Positions 1 to 6,768 of a stretch of DNA of 64,000 bases are shown in pieces. Where the stretch lies: IMG/VR virus record IMGVR_UViG_3300027908_000003, positions 1-64,000 of that record; one strand, written 5' to 3'. A model generated the notes under the pieces. That model saw only the letters and a program-made list of their open reading frames with translations, searched no databases and was not told where the DNA came from. Every line of letters begins with the position of its first letter. Within the stretch, counting starts at the first letter, position 1. Source of the DNA: a virus. Both the position numbers and the translations under genes were made by a program.

Positions 1-174
1 AACATGATAATAAATGAAACCTTTTCGCGCAAAATCCCCTGATAAGTATTCGCATATGAAAGCTGTTCAAGAGCTAATTCGGCGCGAGAGAACTTCTCAA
101 AAAAGAATTGAAAAACGTATTAGAGAATACTATAAGAAAGAAGCTAAATATGATAATGGAGACGGAGCATTCTA

Positions 175-411
175 ATGTCTATTGAAGAAGGAGGGGGATT
201 TCCGCCAAAAGAGTTTGATACTTTTAGCGCAATAACTTATATGGAGCAAGCTTATTATAATTTGGAGCATATTCTTAGTGTGACTAAATACAATAAGAAA
301 ATTCTCAAAGATATTAATAATCTAGATGAAGAAAAATTCTCAGAAGTTCTAGCAATTCTAACTCCAATTTATGATAAGTGGAGTAGAGAAAAGCGTAAGT
401 GGGGGAATTAA
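175..411 (+). CDS. hypothetical small protein, tandem paralog of the next ORF
   Basis: 78-aa ORF. Its stop overlaps the next start (TAATG). N-terminus IEEGGGFPPKEF resembles VEEGDGIPPRNF of the next ORF. Confidence 0.5.
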   Translation: MSIEEGGGFPPKEFDTFSAITYMEQAYYNLEHILSVTKYNKKILKDINNLDEEKFSEVLAILTPIYDKWSREKRKWGN

Positions 412-740
412 TGGCTGTTGAAGAAGGGGATGGAATTCCACCACGAAATTTTCCCTCGCTAATAAATTCAGTAATTAATGAGACAGTACCAGATATCCCT
501 TTGGTACTGCGTAAAGAGATAATTAAGCTGTGTGCTATGGCAGGATTTGATCGGGAAGAATCTCTCTTTGCGCCTAATTCCCCCGAGAGTTGGGAGAATG
601 CACACAATGGTAAAGATGAGGAAGACATTACTGTTTCTGCAGCAGAGTCGGCCATAAGAAAGTTCTGTGAACTAGAAGGAATTAAACAAGAGTTTAAAGG
701 AGAGACTTACCGCCTCGCTGGCCCTTGGAGAAAGCCGTGA
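411..740 (+). CDS. hypothetical protein, tandem paralog of the preceding ORF
   Basis: ORF track gives a GTG at 399. An ATG at 411 overlapping the upstream TAA is the more likely start. Shares the EEGxGxPP(K/R)xF N-terminus. Confidence 0.5.
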   Translation: MAVEEGDGIPPRNFPSLINSVINETVPDIPLVLRKEIIKLCAMAGFDREESLFAPNSPESWENAHNGKDEEDITVSAAESAIRKFCELEGIKQEFKGETYRLAGPWRKP

Positions 741-946
741 CTGTTCCACAGATGCCAAAATGTATTGGGGTACTAGGTTTCATTTTTGGACACAAGTTTT
801 CTGGTGGTGGATATGTTGGATGGAATAATTGTCTTCGTTGTGGAATCTCAAAGAATAATTGCACTCAGAAAGATGATAAGAGAATGAAGTGAGTAATAAA
901 ATGACTGATAGATATATAATTGATATTATTTAGATTTGAGCAAGAT

Positions 947-1099
947 ATGAAAACAATAATTAAGCTAGACGAATTCAAGAAATTTCAATATTGCCCTCAA
1001 TGTAGAACTAAGAGTTTGTTTTCTCAATATGAAAAAGTATGTAAGAAATGTCAGATAGAAATTAGAACAGAAGAATCCAATGGTGAACAAAATGGCTGA
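947..1099 (+). CDS. small Zn-ribbon-like protein (50 aa)
   Basis: Hand translation ATG947-TGA1099 gives MKTIIKLDEFKKFQYCPQCR...VCKKCQ, with two CxxC pairs. Below the ORF-track size cutoff. Confidence 0.35.
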   Translation: MKTIIKLDEFKKFQYCPQCRTKSLFSQYEKVCKKCQIEIRTEESNGEQNG

Positions 1100-1188
1100 T
1101 ATATATACTCCAGCAGGAAATCGCGCGGAAATGATAACTAAACCTGCAGGAATATAAATAAATCTTCCTCGAATAAGAAAGAAAAACT

Positions 1189-1467
1189 ATGACAAATTCC
1201 GAGCTAGACCCGGCGGGACGCGACGTGGAGTTGCTGCGGGCTGCGGTAGAGCACCGCATCGTTTGGAACGACCACCATGAGTGCTGGGACCTCTGGCCGC
1301 GACTCGCAGGCAGAATCGAGGTCAGCGAGATCGTGCCCCTTGAGGCCGACGCACTCGACCATCTAGTGCACGTCGGCGTGATCATCCTGCGGTCCGATCA
1401 CCGCATCTGGGTTTCGGATCACAGTAAGCGAACCCTCGCGCAGTGGGAGGAGATGACCTGTGCCTGA
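1189..1467 (+). CDS. island ORF A, hypothetical (92 aa)
   Basis: The ATG and first four codons lie in AT-rich flank and the rest in GC-rich DNA. N-terminus MTNSELDPAG is paralogous to the starts of ORFs B and C. Confidence 0.6.
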   Translation: MTNSELDPAGRDVELLRAAVEHRIVWNDHHECWDLWPRLAGRIEVSEIVPLEADALDHLVHVGVIILRSDHRIWVSDHSKRTLAQWEEMTCA

Positions 1468-1858
1468 GCTAGACCCGGTAGGGCTGCCGAACGAACGGCC
1501 AGTACAGGAGCGCGGCACGACCGAGGCCGCGATTGAAGCGCTCATCCTTCACGACTGGCAGAGCGAGTGGCGTGCGGGCGTTGAGCACTACGCGGTCGGG
1601 CAGCACTTCGCCATCGCCGTGACCACACACCCGGAGAGTCCCGAGCCGTGGGAGCCCGATGCGCTGCTGGCGTTCGTGCCTTCGAGCGGGCACGGGGTGA
1701 CGATCGTGCCGTGCCTTCGTGCTGAAAACATCTGGTGCCCCCTGGGTACCTGCTGGCGCATCTTGTGTGCTTTGAAGGGAGAGCGGCCACTGCCCTACCG
1801 CTTCACGCTAAGCGAAGCGATGGAGAGCGCCCTCAGAGAGGCGGTGCCTGATGTCTGA
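1460..1858 (+). CDS. island ORF B, hypothetical (132 aa, GTG start)
   Basis: GTGCCTGA overlap with the ORF A stop. Begins (V)PELDPVGL, encoded by the 22-nt junction repeat. Confidence 0.6.
   Translation: MPELDPVGLPNERPVQERGTTEAAIEALILHDWQSEWRAGVEHYAVGQHFAIAVTTHPESPEPWEPDALLAFVPSSGHGVTIVPCLRAENIWCPLGTCWRILCALKGERPLPYRFTLSEAMESALREAVPDV
1464..1485 (+). repeat. 22-nt junction repeat CTGAGCTAGACCCGGTAGGGCT, copy 1
   Basis: Identical to 1855-1876. Begins at the stop codon of ORF A and encodes ELDPVG of ORF B. A degenerate copy, GAGCTAGACCCGG, sits at 1201-1213. Confidence 0.9.
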
Positions 1859-3029
1859 GCTAGACCCGGTAGGGCTAGAGGCAGCGGCACTGGACGAGGC
1901 GGTGGAGAGCTACCGCCATATGTTCGCCCCTGGCGTGTCGCGAGAGTCGACGTTTCGTAATGGCTGGGCCGCTCGCGCCGCCTACCTCTCAGTACAGGGA
2001 CGGGACGGCTCGGAGCTTGATCGCCTCCGAGATGGAATGGCCGAGCGCGGATTCATCGTGGGTTGTAACCCCGACGGTGTGGACGATTTGGTCGAGGCGA
2101 CGCTGTTGGTGGTTAGCGAGCTCCTCTCAGTACAGGAGCAGCCGCCACCTCGACTGGATCGGATTTCCTTTGAGAGCGGCTATGTCACGGCGATGAGCGC
2201 CGTGTGGTCCGGGGTCTATCCGGCGAATGAGTCAGCACTTGCACTGTTCGTGAAGAAAGCGTGGAAGGGGACGGGGGCCGATGCGTCAGTACAGGAGCAG
2301 CCAGACGAGCGGGAGATTTGGCGAGTCCAGCAGATCATCGTCGGCGATCTGAGGCCCTCTCGTAAGAAGGATGCGAGAGAGATCGCGATGGCGATTCTCG
2401 CCGTGCGGCAGAAGGAGACGACGAATCCTGCGGGTGCCCCAAAGCTGACCGATACCAAGCCCGGCGTAGAACCCGTCACCGAGACACCGCAGGAGCAATG
2501 GGCGCGGGAATCGAACGAGCATCAGGCCCAAGTCGAGCAGCGGCAGGAGCCAGACGAGCGGATGCGGGTCACGCTTCTGCGGTGCGGCCAGTGCAACAAG
2601 GTGGCGTCGAAGGAGGCGTGGGACAAGGAGTGGTGGGCTGAGCGGTCACGTCGGATGAGCGACAAAGAGGCCATCGCCGAGCACGAATGGAGCACCGAGT
2701 CCACGAGCGACTATGGCCTAGATGAACGTGACGTGTGCCCTCACTGCAGCTATGTACACTCCGACAACGAGGAAAGCCACGTCGAGGAAGTGGACGGCTC
2801 CGCTCTCGCCGTGTGGGACACCGAGCAGCAGCCCAAAGAGCCAGACGGGCGGTTGAGAAGGCTGGCGGAAGCGATCCACCGCCTCAACGTGGATTGGACT
2901 CACCTACGCACTGCCTGCGGCGATCCCCAGTGTCTCGGAGACTGTGAGTACGTGCAAACGATCAACCTCATTCTCAATGATGTTCTCGGCATTGAGCGGT
3001 CGGCTGAGCAGAAGGAGCAGGGGCGATGA
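1851..3029 (+). CDS. island ORF C, hypothetical modular protein (392 aa) with CxxC pairs
   Basis: ATGTCTGA overlap with the ORF B stop. Begins MSELDPVGL. Carries repeated SVQEQP / EQRQEPDER / DTEQQPKEPDGR linker motifs and a CGQC...CPHC Zn-ribbon-like segment. Confidence 0.6.
   Translation: MSELDPVGLEAAALDEAVESYRHMFAPGVSRESTFRNGWAARAAYLSVQGRDGSELDRLRDGMAERGFIVGCNPDGVDDLVEATLLVVSELLSVQEQPPPRLDRISFESGYVTAMSAVWSGVYPANESALALFVKKAWKGTGADASVQEQPDEREIWRVQQIIVGDLRPSRKKDAREIAMAILAVRQKETTNPAGAPKLTDTKPGVEPVTETPQEQWARESNEHQAQVEQRQEPDERMRVTLLRCGQCNKVASKEAWDKEWWAERSRRMSDKEAIAEHEWSTESTSDYGLDERDVCPHCSYVHSDNEESHVEEVDGSALAVWDTEQQPKEPDGRLRRLAEAIHRLNVDWTHLRTACGDPQCLGDCEYVQTINLILNDVLGIERSAEQKEQGR
1855..1876 (+). 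repeat. 22-nt junction repeat, copy 2
   Basis: Identical 22-mer spanning the ORF B stop and the ORF C start. Confidence 0.9.
2127..2143 (+). repeat. 17-nt repeat TCAGTACAGGAGCAGCC, copy 1
   Basis: Exact copy at 2286-2302. Related CAGTACAGG cores at about 1500 and 1990. Always read in frame as (S)VQ(E/G). Confidence 0.9.
2286..2302 (+). repeat. 17-nt repeat TCAGTACAGGAGCAGCC, copy 2
   Basis: Exact 17-mer. Followed by CCAGACGAGCGG, which recurs at 2550-2561. Confidence 0.9.
2815..2830 (+). repeat. 16-nt repeat GGGACACCGAGCAGCA, copy 1
   Basis: Exact copy at 3174-3189. Encodes (W/R)DTEQQ in ORF C. Confidence 0.9.
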
Positions 3030-3889
3030 GCGCGCCAGAGCTTACGCAAGACGAGCAACGCGCGATGGAGTCCGCGTGGGCCGCTTCACCGATGCGCGGG
3101 GCGAGCAAAGTCGGCTGGCCCTGGGCGTGGCGCGCTGCGCGCGACTACTACACCGAGGACGCTCTCACTGTGCGGGACACCGAGCAGCAAGAGCAGCCGA
3201 AGCCTGAATGGACCTGGGCGCGTCTATATACGCGGCTGGATGCCGCGATCCTTGAGCACAAACGGGCCACCGCGCCGCTTAGGTCACGCGACACGGACCG
3301 CGCGCTTTGGGCTGCCTACGAGGCGATAGACCGTGATCTGTTTGGTGTGCCCAAGCGGCGGGAGCTCAGGGCACCCACAGCATGGACTGACGATTCAGCC
3401 GAGACGTTGGACGCTGCGGCCGAGCAGCAGGAGCAACCAACGGCGCGTCTAGGTGGACATTGGGTTTGGGTCGAGGATGAGCCTACGAGCACTTGGGCAT
3501 CATGCCAGCGGTGCTCGCCGACCAAGGCCTGTCCGCAGCACCAGGAGGAGGCGAAGGCGTATTGGGAGGGCTTTCGCATACGCGAGGCCGAGCAGGGGGC
3601 GCGACCCTCTCAGCGCGTCACGCACGGCCGTCACTGCATCTGCTCGGCGTGTGCCGCTCAGGACTGGGCCGAACCGGGCCTCGCGTCGTGTGGGATGCAC
3701 GGCCCTTCTTGCCCTGCGGTTTACGCACCGCTCGGTGCTGCTGGTGACACGGTGTCCGCGCCGTCGGGGGAGCAGGAGCCAGCGGAGGCGGACCCGGTGC
3801 GTGCGGCTCTGATCGAGCTTGTGCGGCTCAAGGACTGTAAGGACGGTCGCGAGTCCGTCGGCGGTAGCCCGAAGATAGAGCTAAATTAA
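3026..3889 (+). CDS. island ORF D, hypothetical Cys-rich protein (287 aa)
   Basis: ATGA overlap with ORF C. Contains DTEQQEQP and AAEQQEQP linkers. The last codons and the stop (GAG CTA AAT TAA) lie in the AT-rich flank. Confidence 0.6.
   Translation: MSAPELTQDEQRAMESAWAASPMRGASKVGWPWAWRAARDYYTEDALTVRDTEQQEQPKPEWTWARLYTRLDAAILEHKRATAPLRSRDTDRALWAAYEAIDRDLFGVPKRRELRAPTAWTDDSAETLDAAAEQQEQPTARLGGHWVWVEDEPTSTWASCQRCSPTKACPQHQEEAKAYWEGFRIREAEQGARPSQRVTHGRHCICSACAAQDWAEPGLASCGMHGPSCPAVYAPLGAAGDTVSAPSGEQEPAEADPVRAALIELVRLKDCKDGRESVGGSPKIELN
3174..3189 (+). repeat. 16-nt repeat GGGACACCGAGCAGCA, copy 2
   Basis: Exact 16-mer in ORF D. A related CCGAGCAGCAGGAGCAACC sits at about 3420. Confidence 0.9.
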
Positions 3890-3917
3890 AGCAAGAAAAT
3901 AGAAAACTTCAGGATAA

Positions 3918-4193
3918 ATGTCGCGCAAGGTAAATTCCCCAAGAATAATAGATATAAATGAATTTGAATCATTTATATTCAGAACAAATGGATGCTGGTG
4001 GTGGACTGGTAGTGTTGATAAAAGAAGTGGTAGAGCTATGTATCATAATAGAAATGCTGCTACTATTGCTTATGAGCTATATTATAATACTAAATTGGAG
4101 CATAGCATGATTATTAAACAAATATGCAATAATGTAAAGTGTGTTAGAAAAGATCATCTCCAACTCGCGCGCAAAACTTTCCCTGGAAGATAA
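3918..4193 (+). CDS. HNH homing-endonuclease-like protein
   Basis: NGCWWWTGS...AATIAYELYY...QICNNVKCVRKDHLQL follows the phage HNH pattern (GCWxWxG ... H.C.N..C.....HL). Starts 29 nt after the island. Confidence 0.7.
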   Translation: MSRKVNSPRIIDINEFESFIFRTNGCWWWTGSVDKRSGRAMYHNRNAATIAYELYYNTKLEHSMIIKQICNNVKCVRKDHLQLARKTFPGR

Positions 4194-4194
4194 A

Positions 4195-4512
4195 ATGTAT
4201 AGATATGTATATAATAGAGATACTGACCGACACTATTTAATGAGCGATAAGGAAATAAATATGACTACTTCACTTCCGGCGCTAATCTCGCCAAAGGATA
4301 TTGCCAATAACCCTACTGACCCTTATAGAATAATACCTTTTCTTGAGGAAGTTAGAAGAATATGGGATACTGAATCGGGAAAAACTTTTGCGCAAATTCT
4401 ACGCCTGATTTTGAATGATGAATTTGTTTTAGCAGAATGGAACAACAATACTATTTTTGAATTGTCTGATGATGAATTTCTTGCTGCTCTGCAGAACTGT
4501 AGAAATGTCTGA
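4195..4512 (+). CDS. hypothetical protein
   Basis: In frame with track ORF 4141-4512. The ATG at 4195 just after the HNH stop is the likelier start. Confidence 0.5.
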   Translation: MYRYVYNRDTDRHYLMSDKEINMTTSLPALISPKDIANNPTDPYRIIPFLEEVRRIWDTESGKTFAQILRLILNDEFVLAEWNNNTIFELSDDEFLAALQNCRNV

Positions 4513-4696
4513 ACCTATCAAGTATACTATAACTGTTTCAGACGCTTCAAAAATATTTACTGACTCTTATGTAGTTGCATCAGACTTATTTACTACGTCT
4601 TTTAAAGCCCATACATGCTATATATGTGGAGCAATGGTGCGAGAAACTGCAACTATTTTGCATCAGAAATGGCATGAAACTAGAGGAGAGATTTAG
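4505..4696 (+). CDS. hypothetical protein
   Basis: Internal ATG of track ORF 4457-4696, with an ATGTCTGA overlap on the upstream stop. Confidence 0.5.
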   Translation: MSEPIKYTITVSDASKIFTDSYVVASDLFTTSFKAHTCYICGAMVRETATILHQKWHETRGEI

Positions 4697-4862
4697 TGCA
4701 CAGACCGGATACAATCAAAGGTGTACTTGAATTCTGTTCTTCTGAGGGTCAGCCTACTAATACTCTTGAAGAATTTCTTAAAAAACTTTCTCAACAATAT
4801 AAGACTAACAATGAAATTGCTGATCTTATTATTAGTGAACTTGAATATGAAAGCCCTTATTA

Positions 4863-5060
4863 ATGACTAAGAATGAAGCAATAGAATTAGTAAATAGCTG
4901 GGCAGAAGAAGCGGAAAATGGTAATTATCATGATCTAGCCACAATACTTTATTACTTGTCAGATACTTGCTCTTTTTCTCCAGGCAGGTATGTGATCATT
5001 AAGTCTGTTGATGAGAACCCTATTGCTAATAATATTGTAGAATTGGAGATCAATGAGTAA
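4863..5060 (+). CDS. hypothetical protein
   Basis: 65-aa ORF overlapping the LysRS start by 8 nt. Confidence 0.5.
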   Translation: MTKNEAIELVNSWAEEAENGNYHDLATILYYLSDTCSFSPGRYVIIKSVDENPIANNIVELEINE

Positions 5061-6294
5061 GTCTATCTCACGTCAACAAAAGCTAGAAAAACTGATTAAT
5101 CCTTACCCGCGCAATTTCCCCGACCGAGTTTCAATTCAATCTGTTCTTCATGAATTTAAGGTAGCAAGAGATCTAAGCCTTCTTGATGGCAATATAAAGA
5201 ACCAATCATATAAAATAGCAGGTAGAATATCTGCCAGAAGAGATATGGGTAAGAACATTTTCTTTGATTTATTCGATCAGACTGGATCTATTCAATTGCA
5301 TGTTAAACTACTAGATTTTGTAGAGAAAGATGATCTTGATCTAGAGATTGACCTTGGAGACTGCTACGGCGTAGAAGGCATATTAACTTCAAATCTTCGC
5401 GGAGAGCCACTACTGCTAATTCATAATTGGACTCTCCTAGCAAAGGCCCTCCGTGAGCCACCGGATAAATTCCACGGAATTTCTAAGCCTGAATCACGGT
5501 ATCGTCATAGGGAGTTGGATCTACTCTCCTCGCCCGATTCTCGCGCTGTGTTTAAGGCTAGAGCAGAAATTGTATTTGAGATCAGAAAGTGGCTAAATGA
5601 ACGAGACTATATTGAGATTGAAACTCCAGTTCTCCAACCAATCTATGGTGGAGCAACTGCTAGACCGTTTGTCACGAAACATAATGCGCTTGGACAAGAT
5701 TTCTTCCTCTCCATATCAAGCGAGCTGTATCTCAAGCGCGCCCTGGTGGGAGGTTATGATAGGGTTTATTCAATAAGTAGATGCTTCAGAAACGAGGGAA
5801 TTTCTCCAGAACATAATCCAGAGTTTACAAATGTAGAGATATTTGCTACTTGCGAGAATTATTTCACAATAGCAACACTTACTGAAAATCTATTACATCA
5901 TCTGTGTAAGAGATTTGATGTACCAATGTTTGAGATTGATCGAATGATGAATCTAAAATCTTCTGATTGGCCTCTCAGCAGAAAATACGCACAAAATGAA
6001 AATCTTGCAGAATCATGGGAGATGTTTGTAGACGGTATGGAGATTGCTAGCGGAGCATCTGATTTGAATGACCCTCGTGAGCAATACGAGAGGTGGCATG
6101 AAAGTTATAGTGAGGACCCAGCAACTTGTAATCCGTATGATGAAAATTACATAGAAGCACTAGAACAAGGGGCTTTGCCTTGGGCCGGAGTAGGAATTGG
6201 AATAGACAGACTATGTATGCTTCTACTAAATAAGAAGAACATTCGTGATACTATCATGTTTCCCCTTCTTCGCGCAAAATCTGCTGGAGATTAA
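5053..6294 (+). CDS. lysS: lysyl-tRNA synthetase, class II (compact, 413 aa)
   Basis: N-terminal OB-like domain. PPDKFHG...RYRHRELDL, ETPVLQPIYGGATARPF, SELYLKR, motif 2 CFRNEGISPEHNPEFTNVE and motif 3 GVGIGIDRLCMLL all match bacterial LysS signatures. Confidence 0.85.
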   Translation: MSKSISRQQKLEKLINPYPRNFPDRVSIQSVLHEFKVARDLSLLDGNIKNQSYKIAGRISARRDMGKNIFFDLFDQTGSIQLHVKLLDFVEKDDLDLEIDLGDCYGVEGILTSNLRGEPLLLIHNWTLLAKALREPPDKFHGISKPESRYRHRELDLLSSPDSRAVFKARAEIVFEIRKWLNERDYIEIETPVLQPIYGGATARPFVTKHNALGQDFFLSISSELYLKRALVGGYDRVYSISRCFRNEGISPEHNPEFTNVEIFATCENYFTIATLTENLLHHLCKRFDVPMFEIDRMMNLKSSDWPLSRKYAQNENLAESWEMFVDGMEIASGASDLNDPREQYERWHESYSEDPATCNPYDENYIEALEQGALPWAGVGIGIDRLCMLLLNKKNIRDTIMFPLLRAKSAGD

Positions 6295-6473
6295 ATTATG
6301 AGCTGGATGAGAGTTGATAAGAAAGAGTATTACAATATTTGTGAAGAAAGATTTCAAGCCATAAAATTGTTAGAAGAGTGGTTTATTGGAACAAAGGAGA
6401 AACCACATCTTAATGAAAGAACTGCTATTTTCCTAAAATTACAGGAGAAACCGTCTGCCGATGACTAGGAACA

Positions 6474-6504
6474 ATAAATAATGGAAAATAATTTTCCTTG
6501 GCCC
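6474..6504 (+). repeat. 31-nt exact repeat AATAAATAATGGAAAATAATTTTCCTTGGCC, copy 1
   Basis: Identical to 7845-7875. Covers the upstream stop region, the start codon and the first 7 codons. Confidence 0.9.
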
Positions 6505-6580
6505 TCTGAGACTGATTTTGTTCATCATATTCAATCTTGGATAAACACTGCAAAATACATTGGAGAAGATAAAAAATGAG
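6482..6580 (+). CDS. 32-aa mosaic mini-ORF
   Basis: MENNFPWPSETDFVHHIQSWINTAKYIGEDKK. The N-terminus matches the start of ORF 7853 and the C-terminus matches the end of ORF 7605. ATGA overlap with the next ORF. Confidence 0.35.
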
Positions 6581-6767
6581 TGGAGGAAATTGGAATTATC
6601 AATCATTTAGAATACAAGAAGAGGCTGACAGAATACATTCTTTTTTGAAAGCTGTTGGAGATTCAGAGCATATAATTGATTGGGCAGAGAGCTGTGATAC
6701 AAGCCGTGAACTGGCAGAAAAAGAATTATATGAACTATGGCTTAAAGTATTCGATGAATGGTATTAA
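6576..6767 (+). CDS. hypothetical protein
   Basis: 63-aa ORF in a tight array. Confidence 0.5.
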   Translation: MSGGNWNYQSFRIQEEADRIHSFLKAVGDSEHIIDWAESCDTSRELAEKELYELWLKVFDEWY

Positions 6768-6768
6768 A

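Larger units (their letters stand above)
1201..3883 (+). other. high-GC foreign island (four translationally coupled genes) embedded in AT-rich phage DNA
   Basis: Composition changes abruptly at ...atgacaaattcc|GAGCTAgacccgg and ...gaagataGAGCTA|aattaaag. By eye the interior is about two-thirds G+C and the flanks about one-third. GAGCTA is present at both edges. Confidence 0.8.

Noticed and set aside
1464-1876. Possible CRISPR array or attC-type integron, given the perfect 22-nt repeats.
   Set aside because: There are only two perfect copies, 391 nt apart, and both are coding. There are no short uniform spacers, no cas or integron-integrase gene in the window, and no attC-like imperfect palindrome. 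The cassette idea is kept only as a hypothesis in the findings.
1062-3812. Many overlapping ORFs inside the high-GC island. On the minus strand: 1062-1385, 1363-1545, 1469-1693, 1542-1790, 2216-2479, 2286-2531, 2522-2704, 2718-2903, 3316-3579 and 3500-3700. In alternative plus frames: 1960-2196, 2735-2947, 2944-3207, 3453-3812 and 3493-3747.
   Set aside because: High-GC DNA has few stop codons and so produces shadow ORFs in all frames. These translate to Arg/Ala/Ser/Pro-rich low-complexity strings. They overlap the coherent, translationally coupled plus-strand series.
1189-3889. The GC-rich island as a simple assembly chimera, or as a DGR, retron or group II intron.
   Set aside because: Both junctions fall inside intact reading frames that borrow start and stop codons from the AT-rich flank. 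Other GC-rich patches exist elsewhere in the window. No reverse transcriptase, template/variable repeat pair or intron-like structure is seen. A chimera cannot be fully excluded without reads.
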